NCBI GenBank assembly: GCA_965644295.1
Contig: CBFFRP010000297.1
Location: 248,001 to 312,000 of the forward strand
DNA length: 64,000 bases
From: Paraphysomonas bandaiensis
Taxonomy: Eukaryota; Protista; Chrysophyceae
Reading direction: 5' to 3'
A model generated the notes under the pieces. It did not search any database and was not told the origin of the DNA. It saw only the letters and a list, made by a program, of their open reading frames with translations. This document shows positions 46,177 to 59,996 of the stretch, piece after piece. The position numbers and the translations under genes are program-made. Position 1 is the first letter of the stretch, and every line of letters starts with the position of its first letter.

Positions 46177-47015
46177 TTACATTGCCAAAGGATTCGCATG
46201 AATTGTAACACTTTCAATTGCTATATCGGCAAGGGGCCTATTCTTCTTTCCAACAGGGACCTTTTCCATTGCATCCAGTGTTTCAAATCCGTCAATTACC
46301 CTAACAGAAATATGTCAGTGAAATACAAAGTCGAAGGTAAACTCACTGTCCAAATATACTGTATTTGTTGTTCAAGTGGGGCTGGGGTGAGTAGGTAATG
46401 AAGAATTGTGATGCATTGGTATCCGCTCCATTGTTTGCCATTGATACTATGCCTCTACGATCATGCCTGCACTGAAGTTAGTTGCTGTACTTTCACAGCA
46501 GTGGACTATACCTATGCTCTTGGGTGAATTCATCTCTGAATACGCCACCCCATATACTTTCTCCTCCTGTTAGCAAAGCATGAATACTAAAGAGAGAATG
46601 CATAGATGTTATTTCACCTTTTCCGGTTCCGCTAGGATCTCCACCCTGATCAAATATAGATAAATCAAGTAAATCGCACAGCAGATCATATTTAACAAAA
46701 CCTGGATCATGAAACCTTTAATATTTCTGTATCCAAAACACAATTAGTTAGATATCCATATATGAAATCTCATGCTGTACCTATGGAATTTAGTGGAGTC
46801 ATAGTAGCCGCTAGCACAGAGCGCTAAAAAATTCTACAGCATTGCATGAGAATAGTACAATAAGGCCTAAGAAAATATGTACATACTTCCGATGCTAAAG
46901 GGGAAGTGTCACAAAATACTTCAATCTTGATATCGCCATAGTTGGTATGCAGTGTAACAGCCTGAACTCATTGCGGTCTGAGTGATAAACATAATTCAAC
47001 GCATATACATACCAT
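46177..47015 (-). CDS. PPIL3: Cyclophilin PPIL3 (highly fragmented by introns; absent from the ORF track)
   Basis: M|[38 protein letters not shown]|[60 protein letters not shown]. Confidence 0.95.
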
Positions 47016-47506
47016 TTTCAATCTAGTTTATCCGCAGAAGTTGTATCAGCAACACAGATATGGTTACACACACCACAGTGATGAGACAGATAACCTCAGA
47101 GCTGGGAATGAAATAGAGTTTAAACTATTGTTAAATACTGCTTTATAACCAACACAGAGTACAAAACATAGACACACGATACACAGTACAGCAGCATGTC
47201 ATTCAAAACCCCCTCTTTTTATTAATCCTGTCGTTTTTCTAAATGATCAAAAGTATGTAAATTTGAGAAATTTACACAAATCATCCATCAATTCCGAGGT
47301 TCCTGTATACACACTTCTGATTACAAAGCATCATTATGTTGGTATTGTAAGTCTATGTGTGTCGGATAAGCAGTTAACTTCACTCATATCTCTCCCACAT
47401 AGAGTCGACACATTCAATAGAGCGTTAATGACATGCATTGGCCACCTAGCCAAGCTGTATGATCATCAAATTTTGCATTGATAGTTAGCTACTGCAGTAA
47501 ACTGAA

Positions 47507-48557
47507 ATGAATAGTAAGCATGGCGTTGCGGTGGCTACATCATTGGTGGTTGCAACGATAACAGCATTATACATCTGGAGCACTTCTGTAACGGTGCACA
47601 ATTCATGGCATGATTTACCATCGAGAAAACTTTTAGGAACTTTAAATGTTGCCCCGGTTATAACGACGTATCCATCGGCTTGTAAGGGAGGGGGCAAATT
47701 GTGGGGAAATGATCACGCCGGTGGCTGGAATGTGTGTACAGATAACATCAAGAGCTCTGAGTGTGTGGTTTATAGTTTTGGACTTGGGGCAGACTGGTCA
47801 TTCGACAATGCTGCGGAGGAGAGTGGATGCGAAGTGCATGGATTCGACCCCTCGGGTGAACTATGGAGAAATGGTATGCATGGGGCGAAATATAGTAATA
47901 TTGACTACGCACAACAGTATCCTAGTAAGAAGAAGCATTTTCACAGCTGGGGCCTGGGAGTTTTAGATAAAGCGATGTATCCTCCTGGCACGATACCGCA
48001 GGAGTGGCCAGGACTTGGTGACCCACCATTCTCAAAATCCAACAGTGCACCATGGGATATGAGATCCTTAGAGAAGACAATGCTGGATTTGGGCCAGAGT
48101 AGCGTGACAATACTCAAGATAGATGTCGAGGGAGCAGAGTGGTCAGCTTTAGCCTCTATGTTAGAGAGCAAACTAATGAGGCGCATGGTTAGTTCTGGCA
48201 GAATAGGCCAGCTCTTAATAGAATGGCATTGGGATCCCAATACACGGTAGATATTGCATTTGTGCCTCACTTATATTCCTTCTATTTGACTGTAAATCTT
48301 GTAGAGCATTCAATGACAGGCATCGTTTGCTAATGGATAGGTAAATCGCTTCATTGTGATGCGAGTAATGATTGATTATTTTATGCTTGATGAAGATTGA
48401 AGAAACTTGGTCTTGTACCCTGGAACGTGGAGCGACACAAAGGGAGTGACTGTTGTTTGGATGTCAGGTGAATATATTACGCTCTAATCATCGTTTTGTT
48501 GTTTTTACTCCAGTGTATAGTTACATTTGGGTACCACACGAATACGGTACTGGGTGA
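47507..48557 (+). CDS. METTL24/FkbM-like SAM-dependent methyltransferase with N-terminal signal anchor (4 exons)
   Basis: GGWNVC, CVVYSFG, WSFD, GCEVHGFDP, ILKIDVEGAEW, QLLIEWH. Three short 3' exons end YIWVPHEYGTG. Confidence 0.85.
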
Positions 48558-50481
48558 AATGCGTGCTTCATGAATGGAGAACTTATCGTTTTGTGTTGAT
48601 GATGTGGAAATATGAAAGAATTTCGGTGTTTATTAGCTATTCGAAGTACTGTCAGTATCACTCATATAAAATATGTATTAGTGCTGTCAACCCATATGTG
48701 ATACCGGTTCTAATTAGATTGAAAGGTTGGCTTGACAGGATATCAGCTGTATACTACACTACACAGGAGATTAGTAGAATCGTGTAGTATGGACAGCTAT
48801 CGCCAGATCGCCAGCATAGTAGCAGTATACTATATAATATAATATGCATTGTGTCTTATTGAAGCTAGTGCAAGTGTAGAAAACGGAGGGAGGAGGCGAT
48901 CCTATTCTCGTGTTCACTATCAAGGGGAGAGCCTGTAGGTGTAAGTTTTCCCCTTTTGGGGGTTTCGGGGTACAGAGGATTGTCTCCTCCCTGTTTACTA
49001 GTGTTGCCTGTGATACTATGGACAAAAGGTAGAATAAGCCATTATTATCATTGATGAACAACTTAATAACATGAAGCTTATTATTATCAACAAGTGACTA
49101 GTTAATTAGGAAATAGGTACCCATTGTACAAATTAGTCTTCAGAATATTGAACTACACAACCAACTCCTACGTGCGTACTTGAAGTTTGGTAAAGCCAAT
49201 CGCTAGTAGTTATCCTGTATTCTATGTAGCAATGAAATACAGAATATACATGACTACACTATAGGAGTAGCTATTACAAGTATACAAAGAAACTGAAAAT
49301 ATAGTAGCTGTTAAAGATATGATTTGTAGAACAGAATGTTGATGTTGGTGAATGACGTGGTTCCTAACTCACAGTGCTACAACATCATAAATATACTATA
49401 TCTCCTATAATATCAATCAGTCAATATTGCACTAAATAAAAGCTTAATTTAATACAGAATTGAGTAGTGTATGTACTACGATATTTAATTCAAGGTCTAT
49501 TCTTTTAGAACTAAGAGTGTAATACACACATGAATTTAGCAACTGATTATTTATAATTTATACTACTACATTTCAATGGTATTATTTGATCGGTATAGAA
49601 TTATTGCAACAGTACTGTTGGTAAGCTAGCATATAACGCTGATTATACGTAGTCACACACTCGCCTACTCGTTCACCATCTTGGCTGATCATATAGAATG
49701 CGAACAGATTCTGTACGAGCTATCCTACGCCTCAACTGTGTTCACAAAGATTACGCGGGATCTCTCTTAACTATGCATGACTTATGTATGCAATTCGCGC
49801 TGGTTCTACCAAGGCCATGTTTACCTTCACATCCCCTATCAAAGATTACGCAAAATTTCTCATGACTGTGCATGACTCAGTACAAGCATCTAACATGGCA
49901 TTGGCTGAGACCCCACTTCCTCTAAAATGCGCGGGGTTGCTCGTTATCACGTATGGGCTATGCAATATGCAAGTATAATGTAGATATAGCTGAAGCTTGC
50001 TTGGTGCCAACATTCAAAGAATAAGCCGAGGTTTTAAAAGCAATCTATGCATCGTTTAGTTTAATAAACCCTAGCACTTTACTAGGAAACCTTTTTATAT
50101 ACTATTAGAAACTGGCATTAGGATGGTGTAACTTACATAAGTGAACAGTAAAGTAACTCAATTATCAAGTAGCTAAAAATGTGATTAGTAACAGAAGTTG
50201 ACATTATTTGCTAAGGTTTACTATTCTCAACTGATAAGATGAAATTATAAACATTACATGATAAAGAACCTAAGTTGTGTTCGATGTGTTCAACACCATT
50301 CATTTACTACTATAGTGTACAAACCACCCACTCAGTGATCGTATCCTGTATAGTCATCCACTTCTACTTCAGTTTCATACTACATAATATAATGTACTAA
50401 TTACATATATATCTTTCGATCCTTGCATCTCACATAATACTGCACTCAATTGCAAGTATATAGAATCTTCAGATCTCAACA

Positions 50482-53400
50482 CTCCCCCTCAATTGAGTGT
50501 TGTACTTATGACGCCTCCCAGCTATTGAATGCCTGAGATAAAAAAATTCTTGACAGTAAAATAGACTCATCTCTAAGTCTAAACCTCTGTCTAAAAAACT
50601 CAGTACCTACTTGCGCCTTCTTTTATCCCTTGGTCCCTCATTAATCACTTCAGTGGAACTCTTAACTTTCTCTCCAAGATTTCTCTTTCTCTGCTCCATA
50701 TATGATAAACCAACCAATGACTTTGTATAAATATCTGCTGCTTGTTGCGATGTATGCACATGCACTAACTTAATCGTATTGAACTGATTGGGATCCACGT
50801 GCTCTCTCACCATGTGATACTTAATCTCAATGTGCTTCGACTTCTTGTGAAACACTGGGTTTTCGGCCAAATCCTGGGCACTCTGACTGTCGATGAAGAA
50901 TGGTGTGGGTTTGATGAGCCTCAACTTAATCTCACCCGTCACCCCCCGAACCCATAGCACTTCTTGGAGACCCGAGTAAATACACTGATACTCAGACTGC
51001 ATGCTTGACGTTGCCACTGTCGTCTGCAGTTTGGACTGCCAGACTATAGGCCCTCCCGCTGCAAACCCAACGTACCCCGACGTGGACTTCCTGGAGAGCT
51101 GATCTCCCGCCCAATCCGCGTCAGTAAACATATGGAAGTCGAACCGTCTACTCCCATATTGAATCCCTTTGTCAATAGAACCACGAATATATTGCCATAC
51201 ATGTGTTAATAGCTTGCATACTTCAATATTCACCTTATTACTGAACCGAGACAGTACTCCCACTGCATAGGCAATATCCGGCCTCGTGTTCATCGATAGA
51301 TATAGTAATGCACCTATCAGCGGCCGATATGGGAAGTTATCTCTACTATAAGCTGTTCCTCCTCGGTATGCTCATGCCGCGCCCCTTTTGCCACTAAATC
51401 CATTGCTTCCGCCGGTAGAGGACTCTTCCGTACCTTTCGCGGTGACCCAAGATACTTTTCAAACTTTTCTAAGATCTTAGCCGCATATACTGATTGGTCA
51501 AGACGAATATACTCTGGCGTTCTTGTGACTCGAACATTCAGAAAATGTTCCATCTCGCCCATATCCTTCATATCAAACCGGGCACACAGTTGAGCTTTAA
51601 TATCCTTCACTATGTTGACATCACGACCTAACACTAGGATATCATCCACATATATCGTTAATAATATCAATTCATCGCCCTTATACTGATAATACAAACA
51701 CGGGTCTAATACACATGGTTTAAAATGCATAGATCGTATGAATTTATCCAATGTTTTCCACCACGACCGCGGGGAACTCCGAAGCCCGTATAACGACTTC
51801 TTCAGCTTAAAGCAGTACCCCTCAGGCAGCTGAAAGTCCGGAGTTGCCTTCATATATACGTCCCCCTCTATATCTGCATATAGAAATGCGTTAGACACAT
51901 CCAGTTGATGAATTACCATGTTCATCACGAAAGCTATGGCGATTAACAGTCGCACTGTTACCCCCTTAACAACGGGTGCGAAATGGTTCGCCCAACCACT
52001 CGACTGCTGTCCACAACCGATTGCTACAAGACGAGCCTTATATCGGCGGACCTCTCCCTCCTTATCGTACTTCTTTCCATAGACGTACTTGGAGTGCAGT
52101 GGGACGACTCCGTCCGGTATACGAGTCACCTCCATGGTATCTCGCTTCGCCAAACCCTCTCGCTCTACACGGCGAGCTCGTCTCCACTCCCTGTGCTCGG
52201 CACTCTCCAAGGACTCACGATGTGTCTGAGGCACTGTCGACTCTTCCGCTGACATCCACACTGAGTCTGCCTCCTGTAAAAGGTCACTCACATCACTCTC
52301 ATCACTCAAATGATGGATTTGTCCTAACACCGACACATTCGTTACCGTCCTTGGAGTTCTTGCGCGTTTGCCGTGCGGATGATTCTCGGCAGGGGTCCCT
52401 TCCCCCGAAGGTAATGCTGAGTCAGCCTGGGGCTGCACCTGCCCACTTTCCGACTGCTGTGGCACCACTCCGCTGATACCGCCGTCACGGTTGTCAGTAA
52501 CTCTGGCCCTAACCACCCTCTGCGCAAGATCCTCTGTCATCTTCTTGATGTCAGCAATATGAATAGGAGTTTTATCCTCCACTTGAACCTGGTTACCAGT
52601 AACCAACGACCGGTATCCTACAATAAGTCCCTTCCTTATCACCACTCTGTTAGTCTTGTATAGCAGACCACCATCCTCATGGTGCTTTCCGATAAGATAC
52701 TCAAACTCACCCGGTTGACGAGCCTCGGGATCTATAGCCACTTGAGCCTCCTCCAGCTCTCTATAATAATCCTGAGACCTCTCAGGTACCGATTCATCAA
52801 ATAATACATGTACAGAGTGTACTACGGTGTCCCCCACTAGCACCTTGTATCCTTTTCGATCAGCTGGATACCCTATGAAATAACCTGTCATTGCTTTGTC
52901 CTCCCAGTCCTTCCTCCTGTCGGCCTTGGGTGTTAGCACATATGCTTTGCACCCCCATTTCCGTAGCCACGATAGGCTGGGAACGCTCCCCCTGGGACAC
53001 ACTCATATGGAGACATCCATCCTTGCCACGTCCGAGTTGGCATTCGTCGCACAATGTAACATGCAGTTTGATAAGCATCAAACCAGAACGACTTTGGAAG
53101 TCCAGATGCCGTCAACATCGTCAGTGTCATCTCCCCAATTGTTCGGAATTTCCTCTCAGACACCGCGTTGAGCTCTGGCGTGTCTCGTGTTGTATGTGAC
53201 ACCCGAGTCCCATATCGCTGCAACAGATACTCTCTTATCTGCTGACTAATAAGTTCGGATCCTCCATCGGCATGATACTCCACTATACGGTTCCACCCCT
53301 CGTACTTCACTAAGTGGACCTCGCACAAGTGTCGTAGACATTTGAACACCTCCTCTCCGCTTCGAGTCCTCAATCCATATTCCCATATCATCTTTGTTGC

Positions 53401-54735
53401 TAAGTCCGTGAATAGGAGCACGTACTTATACCCTTGTCTGGATTCACAATTCAGGTAGACTGAGATGTCCGCTGTCACTCGTTCCAGAAACCTGACTGCG
53501 CTTAGCTCTTCGTTGTCCCGTGATTTGAACGAATGCCTGGTTATCTTCGCCTTGGCACACCATTTACACAGGGGTTTCTTGCAACTCTTCTCCTTTGCCT
53601 TCGAAAGGTGATGTCGTTGTAGTCCTGATCCTCTGAATAACATGTGTCGGTGAGCTTCTAATAACTTCGATTTCGAGACATGTCCAGTACGCTCATGTAA
53701 GCGATCCAACGCATCTTGTCCTGTATTATCCGACAAATTTACCTCCTCCATCTGATTGCACATAGACACATTTGGCAGATTTAACACCTCCATCAAGTCC
53801 ACATACGGCATCCCTCCATGCTCATCGTACTCTCCAGTCAACACCTCGTTTCCAGAGTCCAATTCCACGATTTTAGGCTTTCGAAGCAGTTGTAATCCGT
53901 ATCCCATTGATCTCAGCATCCCTCCTGACACAATGTTCTTCACCGCTTCTTCACTAACTCTGATGTCTCTCCATTCCCCGAATGTACCAGCCCCCTGTGT
54001 CTCCAATTGAGAACCCTTTCTAGTTAGTTGGATTGCCCCAAACTCAGGAGTAAATGACTCCAGTGCAATTTTATCCTTTACTATAAACAGTCTTTTACTT
54101 GCACAACTGTCCAGATATACACGAGGTTCTTCCGACGTATCCACCGATAGCAAAACCTCTTCTCCAAACATATTCGCTTCATCATCCGACGACTCTCCGT
54201 CGTTGACGTATTTCTTCCATTCTGTCTCGAATTTCCTGTTCGATTTTCGAGGATTCTCATTATCCGGGTTTTTTATGTTCTTCCGTTTTTTCGACTTGCA
54301 CTGTCGGGCTTTATGACTAAAATCTCCACAGATATGACAACCAGTATAATCCTTTGATCCTGGCTGCTGCACACTCTTCGAAGCCTTTTCCTTTGTCTTC
54401 CCTTTTCTTTTGAACTTATCCATTTTTCTTTGTCGTTCCTTAGCATAACAATTCGCTGCTACATGTCCCTTCTTCCGACAAAATGAACAAACCACTGGCT
54501 CCTTCGACGCCGTAAAATTGATCTCTTCAGATTTGTCTCCCTTTAGTTTCTTCAGCTGCGTCATAGCCTCGTCATACTCTTCACAAGCCTCTTTCACCGA
54601 ATCAAATGTAGTTGTTGCTTTAGGCATCATCGCTACCGACATCCATAAATCATGTAATTCCTCTATCTGCAGCGCTGCTTTTATCTTTGCTAATTTACTT
54701 GCCTCTGTCTGCGCAGAAGTTGTCGCTACCAGCCA
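50482..54735 (-). mobile_element. Ty1/Copia LTR retrotransposon internal region, 5'-truncated, two frameshifts
   Basis: Order: gag Zn knuckles (CSFCRKKGHVAANC, CHICGDFSHKARQC), protease YLDSCAS, HHCC plus integrase, RT (LDVSNAFL, YGLR, YVDD), RNase H (FTDADWA). PPT GAGGGGGAG abuts the 3' LTR start TGTTG at 50481. Confidence 0.95.
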
Positions 54736-56133
54736 AATTTTCGACAATTTAGATAGAAGCGATTTTTACAGTCAATATTTTTAAGGCTTAGCTAAACTGC
54801 TTCATAGTATATCATTTATGTTAAGTAACGGCTATAACTTAAATCCTTAAAACTTAAATATACAATATACAGCTATTAACTCACAAATAAGCAAAACTCA
54901 TCATAAGCACAGTTTGCCATATGTCTAATATGTTGAGTTCTATCTGGCTCCGATTATATACCAGTGTTACTTTTCTGTTAATCATTCTCAAATTAAGTTG
55001 TAGTGTCAACTTTGCAATATTGTGGGACTGGTAAATACTTCTGTTGGTGTGCTATGTCTCAGTGATGCTTGTATCGTACCCTCCGTTGTATATGAATAGA
55101 AAACGCCACAGAATATAGATATGAAAAACTGATGTGGTGTGTTTTCATTTTAACTTCTGAAAAAAATGTCGCCAAATATAACATCATGGTAAAATATCTC
55201 ATTATTTAGATCACCTATTACTGTTTCATTGCACGATAATTCAGACGAGGCATTACAGATAAGTAAAATTTATTCTTTCAGTAATTTTTTCCCTATCTAT
55301 ATACAGTTCTATTGCATAGCCGGCTCCAATTTACAGAATCCGAAGGAGTGCGCTCTCTGGGGGTGCAGACAGCGTATTATCTGTTAACTAAATTGAATAA
55401 GAAAATCTTTGAACCCCAATATAATGCACTCACGTTCCATTATCATCTCCAACATTATCATACGCCAGAGATACTTATAAACCAAATGTTAAAAGTACTA
55501 GTTAGAGAAGAAAATAATACTCACATTCCCATGAGGGCGGGGCTAGAGGGGACATCTTGAGCTCTAGCAAGAGTCCAGCCTGTATAATTATTAGCATTGT
55601 GATAACTGTTTTAATAATATCACAACCTGAATGCTTACAGCATACCTGACACAAAATTATTACACAGAAACTACAAGATGAGCTGTTGGCTTACCGTCGT
55701 AAACTGTTACGTGCCATGCGGCTCTGAAACATGGTCTTCACATTTCCTCCCCGACCTACGGCCACTCGAGTTCTCTGCAGTGCAGTCCTGAGCATGATAT
55801 ACCCCTGTTATGTATCTGACTGTTTGAGGTTTACTTAGACTTGAGATGTACATATATGCCAATAGTAGAAGTGCAGAGGTGTGTGTTTGCTGCTGTGTGG
55901 TGCGGAATGCAGCACTATAGAAATCAGCTATACACCTTTATACAGTCTTTATACAGCAGACTACATATTCTCCCTATCAGTTACCTTCGATATGTATAAT
56001 CTCGAATACTGGAACTACAGGATCTATTTGGCTGTATGTTGTGGGATGCGTTGATATATATGCACACATGGTTTAATGTTATATCAGTGCTTCTGCTATA
56101 GATAGACGTGGAAAGCATAGATAGCTACCAAGA

Positions 56134-58115
56134 ATGGACGAGGAAGAACTAGAGGTAGACCCTATTACATTGGGGCTATGCGTGTTCTCTATTATTTCAC
56201 TTTTAATTGTTTTTACAATGGCATTTGAGGCCATGGAAGAACATCTAGTGCACTCATCTTCTAAGCATATGCGCCCAATGATTTCTTCATTATTTGGAGA
56301 AATGACGATTCTTGGTTTTCTTTCATTGATAACATTTTGTATTTCGGAGGCTGGGATACTGAAAAGGATATCTGCAGCTGTTATTGATGATAGTGGTGAG
56401 GGGAAAATGTATATAACTGAACTCTTTGAGAAAGTTCATTATCTACTATTCACTATTATGGTACTTTTCATCTGTAAGGTTTTACTTCTTTTACACTTGG
56501 CTAACAACACTATTGCTGAGTGGAGAAAAATGAATAAGGAAGCACAGAACAGCGCCGATGTGGAGAGATGGAAAGAGCGATACTTAAGCCACGAGCCCAA
56601 ACCGTGGTGGAATTTTTCTCTCGAAAGAGATCAACCCAGTCGTTTTTTTGCGTTTCTGTCTATGCGAAAGGAATTTATTGAACAGAGGCAATCTATCCCG
56701 CCTTTCAAGCCCTCTGACCCTGAAAGCCATCTGCCCGTCAACTTTGATTACGCAGAGTACCTTTCAATTTGTCTTGGCAACTACCTCGCGCACATGATTC
56801 ACTTACCGCCTTTGACCTGGGGTCTCTTGTGGGGTCTTACGGTTTTGTTTTTCGTGGTATACTTCATTCTCGATGGTAGTACTGTTTGGGTATCTATATT
56901 CTGGTTCTTGATCGGACTTGTAAATCTCATATGTATCATCGGACTTGAGAAGAAAGGTCACAAGATCCTTTCCATGCTGTTGAATCCCTCTGACTTTCCT
57001 AGATGTCCTACATCAATGCGACAAGCCGCAGTTAATGTGATATCTGCGATGCGGTTTATTCCCTACCGCCACAAGGTCGGTGAAGATGTCGGGGAGAGAC
57101 AACCTTTGACATCTTCCATCCCTGCAGAACTTCCGGCGTGGACGACTGTCACACCCTACAAGCCACCTTCTTACTTGAAATGGTGGTGTGGAGATGTAGT
57201 GTCTAACAGACATCAGTCCCTTTTCTGGTTAGGTCACATGGGCCCAGAACTACATGTCGCCCTTGTGCGCCTTCATATGCTGCTCAGGAGCGTCTATATT
57301 GCCCTCGTTCTAGCCGTGTTCGTGCCCCTTATAATTGCAGACGAGGGAATCGGGTATGGCCTGCTTTACCTGGTGCTGTCTATGGGGGTAGTGGTGTGGG
57401 AGTATATTTTCGTGCTTCAGGACCTTGTTACAACACTATGCCAGATATCGTGCAGTGGAATGCTTCGGCATAAGCCGACTATTGACGATGTAATCCGTCG
57501 ACAAAAGACAAAGGGGGCTGTGCGGGCGATCATGATGATGACATCTTTAGTGCAGAGCACTCAAAATGATGACCTTGAAATAAAATCTCATATTTCTGAT
57601 GACAGTCTTATGAAACAGGTCAGTCAGGACGAAATTAATGAAATTGCCTCGATATACGACATGTATGACTCGGACAGCTCTGGAGAAATCGATAAGGAAG
57701 AACTCGGCTTGGTGATGAATTCCTTGGGGTTTGCTCTGTCGGAGGGCGAGCTAAATGCGATGGTTGCCGCACTTGACACCGACAGAGATGGAACAATATC
57801 TCGTGACGAGTTTATTCGATGGTGAGTGTCGAGTCCTTACTCCTTTTTCTATTCTCGCTAATACCACACAGGTACATAAGGAACAGTGACAATAAGAATA
57901 CAGACATGAAGCAGAAGGCTAGAGAAATGTTTGCCTTATTCGACAAAGACGGTAGTAATTCTATTAAGGTATCTGAACTTGTCGATGGTCTTCAGGGTCT
58001 AAAGCATGGTTTGTCTACCGATGATCTTGTGGCATTGGCTCACGAATTGGACGAAAACGGTGATGGTGAAATCAGTTTACATGAATTCGAAGCGATTATT
58101 CGTTGTGCCCATTAA
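56134..58115 (+). CDS. MLO-like multi-TM protein fused to a C-terminal four-EF-hand (calmodulin-like) domain (2 exons)
   Basis: GEMTILGFLSLI, FEKVHYLLF and NFDYAEYL resemble MLO motifs. EF loops DSDSSGEIDKEE, DTDRDGTISRDE, DKDGSNSIKVSE, DENGDGEISLHE. Intron 57822-57871. Confidence 0.85.
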
Positions 58116-58300
58116 ATATAGACTTACGGCGTTCAAAACATTTGCGTGGGTATTGAGTGTTTCAGTGTAGCTTGCCTAGTTAAGTATTTCTTTATTGATG
58201 CTTTGTCTACTGTATACGTAGTACGCAGCTCCAAGGCAATAATGCCGAATTGGTAATAATTCGATTATTGATTATGCTTGTGATAGTTTATAGTTTTTAC

Positions 58301-58418
58301 CAGGGATAGGGAACAATGTATTGCAATACTATTGTTAGATGCGTTCCGTCAATAGTATTGATGGAGCTTTTAAACCGGCCCAACAAATACTATTGCCATA
58401 TATTGTTACGCAGCCCTG
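58301..58418. mobile_element. 118-bp MITE-like element with CAGGG ends
   Basis: cagggatagggaacaat ... attgttacgcagccctg, with internal CAATA(C/G)TATTG palindromes. No clean TSD. Confidence 0.55.
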
Positions 58419-58479
58419 ATTTAACCCCTCCGTAGATTCCATCAAGATCACATCATGATAATCAAACCCACTACTGCTT

Positions 58480-59996
58480 CGCTAATAACAATTATCCTCA
58501 TACTCATCCTCTGAGTCATCATCGGTGACGTCATCATCACCATATTCATTTAATAAAATACGCTTGCACCAGGCCACAACTGTCGATTAGCATATAGTAG
58601 GATGCATAAGTTTGCGCAATGCTGATATCATATGTTTAGCTGCTCTGAACAGGCGTTCAAGCGTATTGGAAGTACATACTTACTTACACATTTCAAAGTT
58701 TTGCTTCTTAATTTATTGAGCTGACTAAAAAGAAATTTTTCTGCATAGCCAACCTCAGATTCATCACTCACTGAAGTAAATGTCTGATTATAGCAATAGT
58801 AGGCGTGTAAGAGTCGGAACTACTGTAGCAAAACAATTAAGCTAGCTAGTGCTTACCACTGATATTCTACTCTTGAGTGCTACGAAATCTGCTTGCGCGT
58901 CACCGCAAGCACCAGGGTGCAACCACTTTCACACTGTCTCAACAGAGATACTTTCTAACAGTATCTTTCTCAGATCTTGTCAAAAACTCAAATTCTTCTC
59001 CTGCTTGAATTATTGCAATTCCATTCTCCTAATTTGGATCATTAACAATGAAACTGTAATTAGGGGATACCTCTAGCCCCGAAATCCCTCAATAAGCTAT
59101 CAAAACCGTTCCGACATTAATAAAAATTCACTTGATTTGAGTCTCCTGTTTGAAGCAGCTTCGAAACGTTTACAAATTTTCTCAGATCATCTACAAGGGC
59201 GGTGATTTGGAATTCTGTCGAGCCGTGTAGGAATCATTGTATCAGTCACTGCATGTGGTAAGTCTTCAATTTTTGATTCAGGATCTTTTATATGCAACCT
59301 AAAAGATAGAGAACCATGTTGTGACATTTAACCTTTCCGGTAGCAGACTGGTTTGACCACCCTCAACAAAGTCGGATTCGTACCTTTTCGTGGTGTTCTG
59401 GAGGTAAGTACCGGAGATACTTACTTGAGCCGCATATGCAGTCAGCAGATATTGTTCTGCCCACTCACAGTCAAACGCTTGTGTGGTACAAGGGACACTA
59501 TAGCACATGTGTAGACGTCTTCGGGCATTACGGAATAAACATGCATCCGGTCTACTTTTCCGAATAGGCCCCCCTCAAGGGCATCCGGGGTATTGGGCTG
59601 CTTGTTGAAGTCAAGCATTCAGGCCCGTTCACCTTAAGAACTCAAAAAACCTGAAGTTAGCAGATGTCAGGTATATCAACATTCTGCTTGCTCACTGCTT
59701 TTGCTTCGAGTGATAGAGCGAAAATGGTTGCACATTTGTGCTTGCAGTGACGCACAAGCAGCTTCCATAGGATACGAGAGTTAAGCACTGACTCTTTAAC
59801 GCCTATTGCTAATAATAAGACAATTACTACTGGTTCGGCTGCATAGAAAAGATGCATTCTTAATCTGCTTCAACTTCCCTATGAGCTGGTCTACTTTTTC
59901 AGAATGACTATCATATATAGATTGCAATATATTGTGAGCTACTTTAACAGTTAACAGTAACAATATTGATGGTATTTTGGCTGGTCCACCAATCAA
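58480..59996 (-). pseudogene. hAT transposase relic with nested insertions
   Basis: LIGKLKQIKNASFL..TSLLPERLNVTTW, ENGIAIIQAG..LTRSEKDTVRKYL and TSNTLERLFRAAK on the minus strand. Confidence 0.7.
59354..59828 (+). mobile_element. Full-length ~475-bp interspersed element with 7-bp TSD
   Basis: ACTGGTT at 59347-59353 and 59829-59835. Removing the insert restores the hAT frame LCSRTSLLPERLNV. Confidence 0.8.

Noticed and set aside
49337-50481. Distal boundary of the Copia 3' LTR or additional solo LTRs (TGTTG at 49337, 49343, 49616)
   Set aside because: There is no second LTR to compare and no matching TSD, so the boundary is left unresolved.
52933-53002. Programmed frameshift between Copia ORFs
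   Set aside because: The break falls inside integrase at a homopolymer, which fits a mutation or sequencing error rather than recoding.
54945-54970. Met-tRNA PBS-like sequence after GTAACA on the minus strand
   Set aside because: It needs a multi-base insertion to fit, and the adjacent sequence does not match the Copia 3' LTR region.
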